A stretch of DNA of 64,000 bases from the NCBI RefSeq assembly GCF_000738915.1, contig NW_026515638.1:456882-520881 (forward strand), read 5' to 3'. The DNA is from Nematocida ausubeli (taxonomy: Eukaryota). A program made the translations under genes and the position numbers. Positions 11,786 through 22,948 of this stretch are shown here, piece after piece; positions within the stretch are counted from its first letter, which is position 1; each line of letters starts with the position of its first letter. The notes beneath the pieces are model-generated. The model saw only the letters and a list, made by a program, of their open reading frames with translations, searched no databases and had not been told where the DNA came from.

Positions 11786-11820
11786 CAATAATACGCACGC
11801 AGATCAAAGAAAATAGTCTT

Positions 11821-14073
11821 CTATTTCGGTTCTACCATTTCAAACTTGTCAGTCTTAGATTTTCTTTCAAATAAATAGTCTTTGGTAGAATCATTGACTT
11901 TTTCATAAGATGTGCCTGTTTGTTTATCTAAGCCAGTTTCAGTATTTTCTTTGAACTTCTCTGATACAGTTAGAGATATGTTCTTTAATTCTAATCTCAA
12001 AACTTCTTTAAACTTCTCGCTAAACATTTCAAAAGAATCTTTACTCATTTCGTATAACTTATTTGATTCAATACATATATTCTTCACAGTGTTTGTATCC
12101 CCAGAGTACTCAAATATTTTACTTAAAAACATATCTGCAAAGCCAGCTTTGACTTTTCCACTACTCCTCATACGCATACATATAGTTTCTACATCTGAAC
12201 ACTCTGTGAATGGATAAGGTATGCCCTGAAGTGCATTAGTAATTGCCTCGCAAGCTTCTATGTCTGAACCTGGTTTTATCTCGACTATTTTAGTTTTCTT
12301 ATCAATGCTGAACATTATATTATATGGAAAAAACCTATATCCATCTTGTATAAGAATGTAAAAAATTATGTCTATATTAGCATGCTCTTTAACCTTTAGT
12401 TTGCTTAGTCCTAAGTCATTGTATAACTTTCCATCAACACAAATACGCGATGCAGTTAGTTGTGCTCCTATTTTCATGTTGTTTTCTGCCAAGAGTGATA
12501 CTCCATTATTCGGTAAATCATTTTTCTCATCTAGTTGTTGCAAAGTAGGATTTAAAAGGTCTACTTTTTCTTGTATTTCGTTTATGTTTTCTTCATTTAG
12601 TTCTTCTGTAGATGAGTACATAATTTTGTATAGTTTAAGAGTATGTAGGCTCTTCATTTTTTCTAAGAATCCGAAATCCGGCTCCTTTTCAATGGTAGTA
12701 TTACTAAGGTCAAATATTTTAATCTTGTCTAGACACTTTATGTTATTAATAATAGAGCTTGGAATAAAATTAATGCTTCTTATATAAAGCTCTAAATATT
12801 TATCTCTTGGGCCCAATGATTGAAGAATTTTCTGTGCACTCGTGCTGTCTATATCATGCATGTATAGTTTCTGAATATTTGACAAATTTAGTTCAGGCGT
12901 ACTGTCTTCTAGTATTTTAGTTTGTTTTCCAAGCTCTAAAACTTGAAGATTCTTCATCTCAGAAATAGCCCTTAGTAAATCGATAGAAACCACTGTATTC
13001 TCAAGACAGAGATTATTTATACTGCGTAGCAATTCACTGAAGGAAAAAACCCCAGAATCCTTATCTGTTAGAGAAAAGCCTTCTATTTTTAATTTATCTA
13101 GAGAGCCATTTTTCCTGTTATAGTAGCCCAATAACAAGCGATGCATATACTTATCTTCTTTAAATAAAGGTGGACATTTAAAAGTCACATAGCTCAAATC
13201 TATATGTAAAATATCATTACTTTCCTCTTGTATCTCACTTAATTCTATTAAAAGATTATTCAAAGTCACGTGCTTAGGCTTGCTATTTTCATAAACCTCC
13301 TCTATTATAACTTCATTAAAGCACTTTAAAATATTTTTTTGAGTTTCTTGGTCACTAATATAGTCATTTGGTATATAATCATTATCATATGTCGTATATA
13401 TCTTTCCAAACATATCTTTAAGTTCCTCTTCTTTAGTCATAACACTTTTTTCATCTACTTTTGAAGGCACCTTCTGTGTTTCGGGATTTTCTTCTGAAGG
13501 AATCTGCTGTGTTTTAGGATTTTCTTTTGAAGGAATCTCTGTATTCATAATAGTTTTTGGACTAGCATCTTTTGCAATGTCTTTAGTACTAGATTCACTA
13601 CCAAACAAATTTGAGACAGGTTTAAAAATAGTACTAAAAAACCCTGATTTCTGTTCTTGCTTTTGTTCTTCTATAGATTTAGGCGTAGAGTTGTTTTCAC
13701 TAGATTTCATTTGTTTAGCACCCTCTTTTATTGTAGCAGAAGTATTTTTACTACAGTCCACATATACATTATTTGAGCTTTGTTCCTCATATGAATTATT
13801 TGCATCATGTCCCTCATATGAACTGTTTGCTGCATGTTCCTTATATGAACTATTTAAATCATCTACAGAAGCACTATTAATAGCTACATCTGTAGGGTTT
13901 CCCCTATTTTTATTAACAGTTGAAGGGCTTTCTAATGGTTTATGAGTAGAGCCACTATCCTGCAGATTATTTTTCTTTAAATGGATTTTTTTGTTATATA
14001 TATACACGCCAATAGCTACACCTATGGTGAGCAATGCCATAGCAGAAATAAAAAACTTAACTATTGCTTTCAT
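11821..14073 (-). CDS. Lineage-specific signal-anchored protein with low-complexity stalk and leucine-rich repeats (paralogue A)
   Basis: N-terminal hydrophobic anchor, S/N/E-rich stalk, LRR-like units (MKNLQVLEL, LSNIQKLYM, LDKIKIFDLSN, MKSLHTLKL); near-identical to 53788-56394. Confidence 0.9.
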   Translation of the reverse strand: MKAIVKFFISAMALLTIGVAIGVYIYNKKIHLKKNNLQDSGSTHKPLESPSTVNKNRGNPTDVAINSASVDDLNSSYKEHAANSSYEGHDANNSYEEQSSNNVYVDCSKNTSATIKEGAKQMKSSENNSTPKSIEEQKQEQKSGFFSTIFKPVSNLFGSESSTKDIAKDASPKTIMNTEIPSKENPKTQQIPSEENPETQKVPSKVDEKSVMTKEEELKDMFGKIYTTYDNDYIPNDYISDQETQKNILKCFNEVIIEEVYENSKPKHVTLNNLLIELSEIQEESNDILHIDLSYVTFKCPPLFKEDKYMHRLLLGYYNRKNGSLDKLKIEGFSLTDKDSGVFSFSELLRSINNLCLENTVVSIDLLRAISEMKNLQVLELGKQTKILEDSTPELNLSNIQKLYMHDIDSTSAQKILQSLGPRDKYLELYIRSINFIPSSIINNIKCLDKIKIFDLSNTTIEKEPDFGFLEKMKSLHTLKLYKIMYSSTEELNEENINEIQEKVDLLNPTLQQLDEKNDLPNNGVSLLAENNMKIGAQLTASRICVDGKLYNDLGLSKLKVKEHANIDIIFYILIQDGYRFFPYNIMFSIDKKTKIVEIKPGSDIEACEAITNALQGIPYPFTECSDVETICMRMRSSGKVKAGFADMFLSKIFEYSGDTNTVKNICIESNKLYEMSKDSFEMFSEKFKEVLRLELKNISLTVSEKFKENTETGLDKQTGTSYEKVNDSTKDYLFERKSKTDKFEMVEPK

Positions 14074-14654
14074 TACTCTACTCTATGCATGTGTTGAGGT
14101 ATATATACACTACTTTATTAAAAACCAATGATATAAATAAAAAATACATACCAATCAAAAGTGATGTTCCCAAAAGGGGTGATTTTCCAGCCAGAAAATA
14201 GTAGTCTAAAATAGATATTGTAGCTGTCAAGAAAGGTTTACTATCACCCCACTGCAAATGCCTTTGGTGCCTATATTCCTTTGTATTTCTATTCGATATA
14301 TTTCTTACTGTTTATATGTGTCATTTTTTAAAACATTTTCTTATAGTTTAATGGAGTGGTCTTTTGATATGTGGAATTCTTTCTGAAGAGAATTTCTTTT
14401 TATCATTAATATTTTCTTGTTCCCTTGAAACAATGATGTGAGATTTTCACCATAATTATCCAAGCACTAATAGGCATACTGTCTGATTATAATAGAAAGG
14501 CCTACTTAATAGAAAAATAAATACTAGTAGTTGAACATAGAACACTAACTCTGTGAATTTAAACCATATAATAGGTTTAGAATAAAATATAAATAGCAGA
14601 AAATTAAAGTAATTACTTTATTGCTTTTCATATGATCAGATCCATTCAGATAAA

Positions 14655-17327
14655 CTATTCCTGCTTGGCTTTCTCGGCCCACTCCTTTAGCACATTAAGA
14701 TTCTGTTCATAGAACCGGTTTGTGTTTTCGGCTGCATCAAGCCCTTTCTTGATGGCGGATACCCATGCATCGTCAATGTTTTCTTCTTTACTGAAGAATT
14801 CTCGGCATATTTCAATGTTTTCTCTTGTGTACTGCACTGCAATAAAGACCTCGACAAATCTTGCCACATTATCCTTGGTTGTCTGGAAGAGCTCTTTGAT
14901 TCTGTTAAACTGCGAAAGGAACATGTCAAGAGTTTTTCTTTGGTTGGGGTGTCTGGCCAGACCATCAGCCATTCGGAACTTGTCCTGGCTCTTGATATAT
15001 TGGTTTCTCTCAGAGAAAAGCTTGAATGCATCTTCTAGCTTCTCTTCGCTAAATGAGATGGCCCTTATTGCCCGCAGCTTTTCATTTTCATCTGCAGTTC
15101 GGTTTTGTATTATTCCATTCAAGAAATCATATGCCTTCTCGCCTCCAAACTTGGCATATGAGATGTACATACTCATCTTATAATCCTTGTGCACCTTTGA
15201 AAGCTCGTTTGCCTCTGCAAGCCGCATTACTTCTTTCTGGATAGGTGAGTCTGGAATCTGCGAGAGAATACACACTGCAATAATCCTTAGCTTCTTGGTT
15301 TCTGAGTCCTCTGGAGTACTCTCAAAACTTGACACTCCATCAATGTACTTTTGCAAAAGATTTGAGATCTCTGTTGAAACTGCCAGATCAATGTCCTTTT
15401 CGTTTCTAAATCGATTTCTAACCATCTCTAGGTATTCAGACACAAGAGACACAATAAATGCCCTCTCTGTCTCCTTCACATACTGAAGAGCGTTCAAAGA
15501 GTATATTGCATCCTTGTGCCCATCCTTAGACAGACGCATCATGTCTCGGAAAATGCCAAATCGATCAAACTGGGTAAGGCTGTCTGATGCAAGCAGTGGA
15601 AGTATGTGCTTCTCCAGAACCTCGTCTGAATACTCCATTAGGTAGAATCCAGTGGAATCCGCATTGAACATGATATATCCATTTTCTTCCTGCATCTTTC
15701 TCTCTTTCTCTGTAAACATCAAAGAGTGCTCCTCAGGGGCTGAGTTCTCTGCAAAGACCTTCTTTGTTAAGAAGACCATCCACTGCTCGGGCCTCTCCTG
15801 TCCTGCGCCCTCCAGGTCCTTTGCAGGCAGATATCTTGACTGCTTCAAAACAAAACTTCCATTATCCATTGACACCTGGATGCGTGGGAAGCCCGGGGTG
15901 TCTATCCAGTTTGACATTGACTTTATGATTTCGTTGTCTCCTCCATCAATCTCTGCCCACAGGTCTTTAGTCTCTGTATTTCCATACTTGTACTTCTGTA
16001 TGTACTTTCGCAGCCCCTTCATGAAATACTCCTCGTGCACATACTTTGACAGCATGTGAATCATAGACGCACCTTTTGAGTACGAGATGGCATCAAAGAT
16101 TGAGGATATTTCTCCAACAGAGTCCACCTTTACATTTATTGGATGCGTAGACATCTTTCCATCCATGATCATTCCGCGAGTGATGTCCCCTTCCAAAAAC
16201 AGCTCCCATGGGTTGTACACCAGCTTTATGTCCTCTGCCATGTATGCTGTAGCAAGTGTTCCGGCCCATGTGGCAAATCCCTCATTCAGCCACAGGTCGT
16301 TCCACCACTTCATTGTTACAAGATTTCCAAACCACTGGTGTGCCAGCTCGTGGCAGACTGTCTCTGCAATGTACACCTTCTGAATCTCACTTGTGCTTTC
16401 CTCTCTGTATAACAGAGAAGATGACCTATATGTGACCAGCCCCCAGTTCTCCATGGCGCCTGCCGAGAAGTTTGGAATTGCCACCATATCCAGCTTTTCC
16501 ATCTGGTACTCAATTCCAAAGAATTCCTCAAAGAACTTCAAACACCGCACGGCTACATCCAGCGAAAACTCTCCTGTGTGCTTTTGGTTGGGTGGAGTGT
16601 ACACCTTAATCCGCTCCTTCTCAACATAGTCCAGCTCTCCAATCACCCAGGCCACTAAGTACGTGGACATTATTGGTGTTGGCTTGAAGACGTGCTTCGT
16701 ATACGATATGCTGTCTTCTTCTCCTGGCGCATCCAAGACTATTTTTTCTTTTCTGTCAGAAACCTCTGAGTTTGACAGAACTGTGAACTTTGAGGGCGCT
16801 GTAATTGAAATGTTAAACATTGCCTTGAATATTGGCTCGTCCCAGCAGGGGAATGCAAGTCGGGCAGACGTTGCCTCAAACTGTGTAGAGTATATATACC
16901 TGGTCACGCCTCCCTCCTTATCCTCGCTTTTGTAGAACCCAGCCATGTCATCTGATACATTTCCTATGTATTTTATGTTTATCAGAATCTCGCTGCCCTT
17001 CTGCAGCTTTTTTGTTGTCCTTACTGTTGCAATTGAGTTTGGCACCTCCTCTGGTATGTTCTGTACACTATCCAGCAAATGCACTAGAGTTTCTCCTGAA
17101 TCCTCCAGTATAACAACCTGCATACTCTCGATCTTTAGCTCTTTCATGTGGAATGATATCTTATCTGTGTCCTCCATAACATCGGCCCTAATAGATACAG
17201 CTCCTGCGAATTTGCTGTTGTTCTCTTTTAGAACTATGTCTAAGTCGTACGATATTGGCTTTATATCTGCTGGCAGTCTAAAGTCGACCTTGCCACCATC
17301 TGGAACAGTACTGTTTCTTGTTGCCAT
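14655..17327 (-). CDS. M1-family zinc aminopeptidase (puromycin-sensitive / Ape2-like)
   Basis: GAMENWGL, HELAHQWFGN...WLNEGFA and YSKGAS motifs. Probable start MATRNS at 17327; the track's upstream extension begins at a non-ATG codon. Confidence 0.95.
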   Translation of the reverse strand: MATRNSTVPDGGKVDFRLPADIKPISYDLDIVLKENNSKFAGAVSIRADVMEDTDKISFHMKELKIESMQVVILEDSGETLVHLLDSVQNIPEEVPNSIATVRTTKKLQKGSEILINIKYIGNVSDDMAGFYKSEDKEGGVTRYIYSTQFEATSARLAFPCWDEPIFKAMFNISITAPSKFTVLSNSEVSDRKEKIVLDAPGEEDSISYTKHVFKPTPIMSTYLVAWVIGELDYVEKERIKVYTPPNQKHTGEFSLDVAVRCLKFFEEFFGIEYQMEKLDMVAIPNFSAGAMENWGLVTYRSSSLLYREESTSEIQKVYIAETVCHELAHQWFGNLVTMKWWNDLWLNEGFATWAGTLATAYMAEDIKLVYNPWELFLEGDITRGMIMDGKMSTHPINVKVDSVGEISSIFDAISYSKGASMIHMLSKYVHEEYFMKGLRKYIQKYKYGNTETKDLWAEIDGGDNEIIKSMSNWIDTPGFPRIQVSMDNGSFVLKQSRYLPAKDLEGAGQERPEQWMVFLTKKVFAENSAPEEHSLMFTEKERKMQEENGYIMFNADSTGFYLMEYSDEVLEKHILPLLASDSLTQFDRFGIFRDMMRLSKDGHKDAIYSLNALQYVKETERAFIVSLVSEYLEMVRNRFRNEKDIDLAVSTEISNLLQKYIDGVSSFESTPEDSETKKLRIIAVCILSQIPDSPIQKEVMRLAEANELSKVHKDYKMSMYISYAKFGGEKAYDFLNGIIQNRTADENEKLRAIRAISFSEEKLEDAFKLFSERNQYIKSQDKFRMADGLARHPNQRKTLDMFLSQFNRIKELFQTTKDNVARFVEVFIAVQYTRENIEICREFFSKEENIDDAWVSAIKKGLDAAENTNRFYEQNLNVLKEWAEKAKQE

Positions 17328-17910
17328 ACACATAAGGCAGAAAAAAAAATGTCCTATATATAGGATTAGTATAGGATTAATTAAAAAAGAAATGTATCCC
17401 ATTCCAAGAAATGCATGCGAATACAAATAGGAGCTGTGTTTATTTGTTGTGGCCAAAGAACATATCTTTGTTTGCAACATGCATGTCGCGCATTTTATGC
17501 ATGCATTAAACAATGTTACCTGCCACGCACACCTTTAGCTATGGGTTGGGTATATTATGCAGCACAGGTAGCTAAGTGCCGGCTCAAGCCATAGCATAGC
17601 AAATGAAGCACTCTGTGGTAGGTACAAATTGCTGGATGATGCACTTTTCTCTGTCTGTATTTCCTAGAGTATACCTAGCACTAAAGCACACTAGAAAATG
17701 GTGCTGTACTTATATAATAAACAAATCTGAGATATTCTGAATGGGCCTAGAATTCCTTCAAATACAAATACTCTTCTTGGCCTGAAAATATATATACAAC
17801 AGTAAGCACAATACGTATACAATATACGCAATGCAGTAAATTCAACCCAACAAACTTCGGATCTTTTATAAAATATAGAACACTAGAGTAGCACTTAATT
17901 AGCATATTTA

Positions 17911-19392
17911 TTATACTCCAAAAACATCATCAATTCGTATGATGGACTTAGCAGTTTGTGTGGCTAGTATTAGCTGGTGCTTCTTGGAGTATGCGCCCTC
18001 CCATATATTGTCTGCAATGCCCTCTGATATTTTTGCAATAGGGTCCTCGCCCATATTACGCGCCAAGGCCATGGGTAGCTCCTGCAAAGCCTTTGAGTAT
18101 CCATTTCCTATCGATCCTGGCATTCCTTCTACTATTGCCTTTGCGCAAAGCAGATCAATTGTGCCTGCTCCCTTCACTACCTTTGGATCTCTTATAAGGT
18201 TTCTTACTACGCAGAGCACGTCCTGCATGCTTCTTTTTGTCTCTTCAATTATAGCAGCTGTTGCTCCTCGTACAAGTATGGTCACCGCGCAGGTTTTTTC
18301 TGGGTTTCTTATTCTTATACTCCCGCTCTCTTCAACCACGCACCCGCTTCCCAGAGACTCCTCTGTTAGATCTTCAAATCTTGAGACAATGTGTGCTCCT
18401 GTGTGGATTGCTGCCATCTCTAGCTCCTGTGCGCCAACCCATCTTACTGCAGAGATGCCTGCCTGCATAAGAAGAGAGTTTGCTTCGTCATCGAACCCCC
18501 ACTGGCACAGTACCACTGTGGCACCTGAGTCCTTTATGGTCTGTATCATCTCTGCAAAAACCTTCTTTTCGTAGTTTGAGAGCTCCTGGAACTCCTCCAC
18601 TGTGGTAATGTTCAGGTCGTGTTTTATCTTTACCTTAGGTGGCTCGAACGGGCACGCAAGGATTGCTATTTTTGCATCTTCTATTTCCTTTTGCATCTGG
18701 AAATGGCTAAATTCCTTTGAAATATATACCCCTTTAATTAGCTCACTCATTCCCATCTGGGTTTCTCCTTCAATCTTAATCAGCTCCAGGTTGGCCTCTC
18801 CCCGCGCATCCTGCACAGCCTCCACTGCTTCAATTGCTATTTTTATGTAGTTGTCAATGTCTCTGCTCACTACCTTGCTGCACAGAGTGCTTTGCGCAAC
18901 CTTCTCCATCATGGCATGGAGCTCTTCTTTTGCTGGCTGCACTGACTCCTTCTCAATAACGCCAAGTGCTATTTCTAGCGCTTCTTCGTATCCTCTAATT
19001 ATTTTTAGCGGATGCATTCCCTTTGCTGCAAGTTTTTTGGCCTCTTTCAGAAGAGATGCCGCTATTATTACTATGCTTGTGGTTCCATCTCCCACTTCAT
19101 CATCCTGCGCTGAGCTGAGCTGCGTAATTAGCCTTCCCATTGGAGTTCCCTCAAGATCCATCTCTTTTAGAATGGTCGCGCCGTCATTTGTTATGGTTAC
19201 TTCTCCATCTGCGCTTATTATTGCTTTATCTGCTCCAAACGGCCCCACCGAAGTGCTTAGCGTGTCCACAATGCCACAGAAGTTGTCAATGTTCTCTGCC
19301 AGAATGTTCTTTTCTTCGGTTTTCTGCCGCGTCTCCTGCTCCCGTATTAAAACATACGGCCTGCCATACTCGTCGCAAAAGTTGTATGTCAT
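17911..19392 (-). CDS. CCT5: Chaperonin TCP-1 epsilon subunit
   Basis: DEYGRPYVLIREQ N-terminus, TNDGATIL, GDGTTS, CPFEPPK, CQWGFDDEAN, AVRWVG; CCC motif just upstream of the ATG. Confidence 0.95.
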   Translation of the reverse strand: MTYNFCDEYGRPYVLIREQETRQKTEEKNILAENIDNFCGIVDTLSTSVGPFGADKAIISADGEVTITNDGATILKEMDLEGTPMGRLITQLSSAQDDEVGDGTTSIVIIAASLLKEAKKLAAKGMHPLKIIRGYEEALEIALGVIEKESVQPAKEELHAMMEKVAQSTLCSKVVSRDIDNYIKIAIEAVEAVQDARGEANLELIKIEGETQMGMSELIKGVYISKEFSHFQMQKEIEDAKIAILACPFEPPKVKIKHDLNITTVEEFQELSNYEKKVFAEMIQTIKDSGATVVLCQWGFDDEANSLLMQAGISAVRWVGAQELEMAAIHTGAHIVSRFEDLTEESLGSGCVVEESGSIRIRNPEKTCAVTILVRGATAAIIEETKRSMQDVLCVVRNLIRDPKVVKGAGTIDLLCAKAIVEGMPGSIGNGYSKALQELPMALARNMGEDPIAKISEGIADNIWEGAYSKKHQLILATQTAKSIIRIDDVFGV

Positions 19393-19441
19393 AGTAGGGT
19401 AGCAAAAAGAAAAAGTATTTCTCGAATAAAAATTTATTAGC

Positions 19442-20047
19442 TTAAAGGTCTTTCTTTAGATCTTCCTCAGTAGGCTGCCCTCGCTCTCCGCTTGTTGAAT
19501 CTCTTGCAGTTTCGTTTTCTAGCTCCCCATCTAAATCAGAATTGTAGTCGTTTTCAAAGTCACCATGATTTCCTTCTTTTTCTTTGATGCTTTTTAGAAG
19601 CTCATGCAGGAACTTTTCAAGTTCGTCTATTTTGGTCTTCTCATTTTCTGAATTTTCAACATGCGCCTCCTCACCCATGGGCGCTGTTTCTGCAACTTGC
19701 TTGTTCTTTTCAGCTTCAGACTTTGCCAGCTGCATTTCTTTCTCCTCTTTGCCCTTTGATATGCTTTGTTTTATATTTTCATAGATTCTCTTGGCGTGCG
19801 GAACTGCCTGGTTCTTTCCAAAATCATTTGCTTTTGCAACAAGAGCCTTTGAGTGGTCCTTTATTTTCTGTCCCACGGGCACCACGTGCTTGTGAAATTT
19901 GTCTTTGACTCCTTCTACGCCTCCGATTTTTTCACATAGCTCCTTGGCCTTTCGCTTAATGCTATTTAAATAGCAATTGATCTGCTCGGTTGCCGCCATG
20001 CATCCCATAATAGATAGAAGTAGTACTATGAAAAGGCCTTTTCTCAT
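19442..20047 (-). CDS. Signal-peptide protein with acidic C-terminal half ending KKDL (possible ER resident)
   Basis: Signal peptide MRKGLFIVLLLSIMGCMA; C-terminal KKDL resembles KDEL/HDEL. Confidence 0.75.
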   Translation of the reverse strand: MRKGLFIVLLLSIMGCMAATEQINCYLNSIKRKAKELCEKIGGVEGVKDKFHKHVVPVGQKIKDHSKALVAKANDFGKNQAVPHAKRIYENIKQSISKGKEEKEMQLAKSEAEKNKQVAETAPMGEEAHVENSENEKTKIDELEKFLHELLKSIKEKEGNHGDFENDYNSDLDGELENETARDSTSGERGQPTEEDLKKDL

Positions 20048-20553
20048 TATTTTTTAAGAAATTTTAAAAATAAATAGTTAATTACATTGCAGATATTAAT
20101 ATATCTGGTTGCTTCAAAAGCTGCAAGCGTTGCATGCTCTTCTTTGCACTTTCCGAATTACATGACAAATAGACCCCTTCTGAGCCGTTCTATTCACTCA
20201 GCGCTACATAAAATTGTCCAAGCATTTCTATGATATTTAAAAATTAATAGCACCAGAGAAGCTATATTCACGCGCTCATGCTCTGCTGTCTTTTCATCGC
20301 ACATGCACCAAATACAAAGGCATAACACCAGTAACCCACAAATATATTTTTAATAACAGGACTAGAACATAGTAAACTTAGATATTTTGTGATTTGGTCG
20401 TTTATTTAAAGCTCTCAGGGAGTATCAGAAAACATTAGAACTTCTTTTCTAAATTCTGTCTGCTTGCAAAGAGATTATGCAGCTCCCTATGCGCTGGCTC
20501 AGCACTACTCCTGAGATAGGCGCTTAGTAGTGCACTATATTGAGAAGCTCACA

Positions 20554-22626
20554 CTATTCTGCTATTTTGTAGAGCCTGACTATCCCGTTTGATGACTCGT
20601 GCACTAGCTTAAGGTTATGAAGAGTAACTGAATTTGTATGCTGGTAGAAGCATAGCTTAAAAAGAAGAGAATCTCTCATTGCAGGAGAAATGTACAGAGG
20701 TGCATCTTCGATCTTCTCATTCGCCATGTCTACATCAGACAGACCGTGGAGTGAGTAGTGCACAGCCCCGTTTGCCTTAAAGTAGTATGCAGCAGGGTCA
20801 ACCGAGCCATCTGCCTCCTTTGCTATTTTGGCTATCCACTGCAGCTTGTTCAGATCAGAAAGCGCGTATTGGGAAGTATACCCACACACCGTATATATAT
20901 ACAGATCAGTGTCCAAATCTGGAACTATTTTCTTTAGGAATGCATGCTCTCTTGACACTTTTTCTTCCGAAGACACTAGAATGCTTGCTACCTCTGAGAT
21001 TCTTGCATAGTTGTTTGTGTTATTGTCTATCACTGTTGAAAGCCCACTCATTCCTGTTATTTGGTATCCATAATCCCACCAGCTTAGAATAACAGAGTCT
21101 GGACGCAAGTTATACTTCATGTACATTGCGCTCTCTCTGAAGTCGTCTGCAATTACTGGCTCCCCATTTACATGCCCATCCATGACCACAATTACCTGCT
21201 TATACTTAGTGTGCATTGTACCAAAACAGGAGAGGACATGGAACAGCATAAACACACCTACCAGGATCTTGGCTTGCCTATGAACAAAAAGCAGCCCCAT
21301 ACCACGGAACTTTGTATGTATGGGCTGTGCAAACATAACCTTGCAAAATGCATCTGCAGAAAAGATCGCCAAAAAGGGCGCTACAAGAAAGGCAAACCTC
21401 TCCATGTGCAGAAACATTAGTGTGGACAACGCAAATCCCCCCAGCATAACCAGAAGAAGACTGTTCTTCTTTTTATAGCCAAGCTGTGCAGTGCCCCACA
21501 CCATTAAAATAGGCGCTACCACCATTAAAGGCCCGCACATGTCTATTATTTGTTCTTTTGTTGCATGCCTGTGCTCTACTATTGAAGAGACCAACGGATG
21601 CGCTCGCTTTTTATATAAAACATTGTATATTTTGTCTTTCTGTTTAATTTTTTCCAGAAGCAGAGCGCCTGACTTAGTTGTCTTAAATATTCCTAGTCCC
21701 ACTAAAAGAAGCACAAGAATAGCTGACCCTACCATAGCATAAAAATGCTTGATCTGCGCTTTGCGAGATACATGTAATAGCACATTTGCGCTTTCTAAAA
21801 GACAAAACGACAGCAGTTTTCCTATGTTAACAGGCTTGGCAACCCATAAAAAGGGGGCCGCCCAATCCACTCCCATTGTAACCAGCCCACTGCAGGCTAG
21901 AATTCTCCAATTACTAAAACTCACAAAAGAATGCGCATATAGAAGCAAGTCCATAAAAATGCTTCCGCCCCAGGACAGATTGAAAATACCCTGTGCTACT
22001 CCTATGCAAACACCAATGATTCCTCTGCCCCACACAGACTTTATTTTGTTCTTTATCTGCAAAATGTACATGTACAGTATCAAGAGCGACATAAAAAGGG
22101 ATAGCCCCTCGTAGTCATATGCGCCAGCCATAGTTTTCTCAAAGACACTGCCTGACATACTGAAGATTGCAATGGAAATCCACACACCTAAATGCTTTTC
22201 AGAGCTAGAGGAGAAGAATTCTGCAGCCACCTGGCGTACAAGAAATAGGCATCCAACAAATATGATGGGCGGCGTAAGACAGCAGACAGTGTAATGATCA
22301 ACCCGGACAAAAGTGTTCAATACACAGTGGATCATATTTGACACAACGAATAGCATGGGATATGCAGTTTTATATATCTCCCTTCCATCAGGTACCCAGG
22401 TCTTACTATCCACCCACGTAAAGTACTGCAGTATCCCGTGGTTCCAGATATACTCAGAGCACCTAAAATTAAACCAAGGGTCAAACTCATTGATCAGCAC
22501 CCCGTAGCGCATAATGGGAGCGAGCCTAAGCATAGATGCGTATGCAACCGAGATAAGGCAGAGCGCAGCCACGCCCTGTGTAGCACAGTATGAAAGCAAG
22601 GAGTGCTTGTACTTTTCATCACCCAT
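20554..22626 (-). CDS. STT3: Oligosaccharyltransferase catalytic subunit STT3
   Basis: EFDPWFNFR, GAYDYEG, SIVEH, SWWDYGYQI, DNNT and DLNKLQW (DK motif); multiple TM helices; GGG motif upstream of the ATG. Confidence 0.95.
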   Translation of the reverse strand: MGDEKYKHSLLSYCATQGVAALCLISVAYASMLRLAPIMRYGVLINEFDPWFNFRCSEYIWNHGILQYFTWVDSKTWVPDGREIYKTAYPMLFVVSNMIHCVLNTFVRVDHYTVCCLTPPIIFVGCLFLVRQVAAEFFSSSSEKHLGVWISIAIFSMSGSVFEKTMAGAYDYEGLSLFMSLLILYMYILQIKNKIKSVWGRGIIGVCIGVAQGIFNLSWGGSIFMDLLLYAHSFVSFSNWRILACSGLVTMGVDWAAPFLWVAKPVNIGKLLSFCLLESANVLLHVSRKAQIKHFYAMVGSAILVLLLVGLGIFKTTKSGALLLEKIKQKDKIYNVLYKKRAHPLVSSIVEHRHATKEQIIDMCGPLMVVAPILMVWGTAQLGYKKKNSLLLVMLGGFALSTLMFLHMERFAFLVAPFLAIFSADAFCKVMFAQPIHTKFRGMGLLFVHRQAKILVGVFMLFHVLSCFGTMHTKYKQVIVVMDGHVNGEPVIADDFRESAMYMKYNLRPDSVILSWWDYGYQITGMSGLSTVIDNNTNNYARISEVASILVSSEEKVSREHAFLKKIVPDLDTDLYIYTVCGYTSQYALSDLNKLQWIAKIAKEADGSVDPAAYYFKANGAVHYSLHGLSDVDMANEKIEDAPLYISPAMRDSLLFKLCFYQHTNSVTLHNLKLVHESSNGIVRLYKIAE

Positions 22627-22948
22627 TCAAGAAATTAATCCCCCAAACTTTTTACTGTAAAATATCCATAATGCAATAAGAGCAAAAGAAACTAAATTAA
22701 TACAACACAGAATAAAATGCCCAGCGCCAATGCATATATGCATGGCTACCCTAAGAATAATAATCTCCCGTTGCTAAAGAATTAAAAAACAGTCTGTTTA
22801 TAGACTTCTTAATAAATATATAAATATATGCAACTAATTCCATACACCTAATTACAATGTGTGCTCTAAGATAAAAACTAAAAATTAGTGCTAGCTAAAT
22901 AAAAATACATAAACCTTCAGGCATTTATTAATCTAAATAATAGATGGT

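Noticed and set aside
17328..17513. Hydrophobic N-terminal extension of the aminopeptidase
   Set aside because: Begins at a non-ATG codon and runs through AT-rich promoter-like sequence with a T-homopolymer. An upstream in-frame Met exists, so a membrane-anchored isoform is not strictly excluded.
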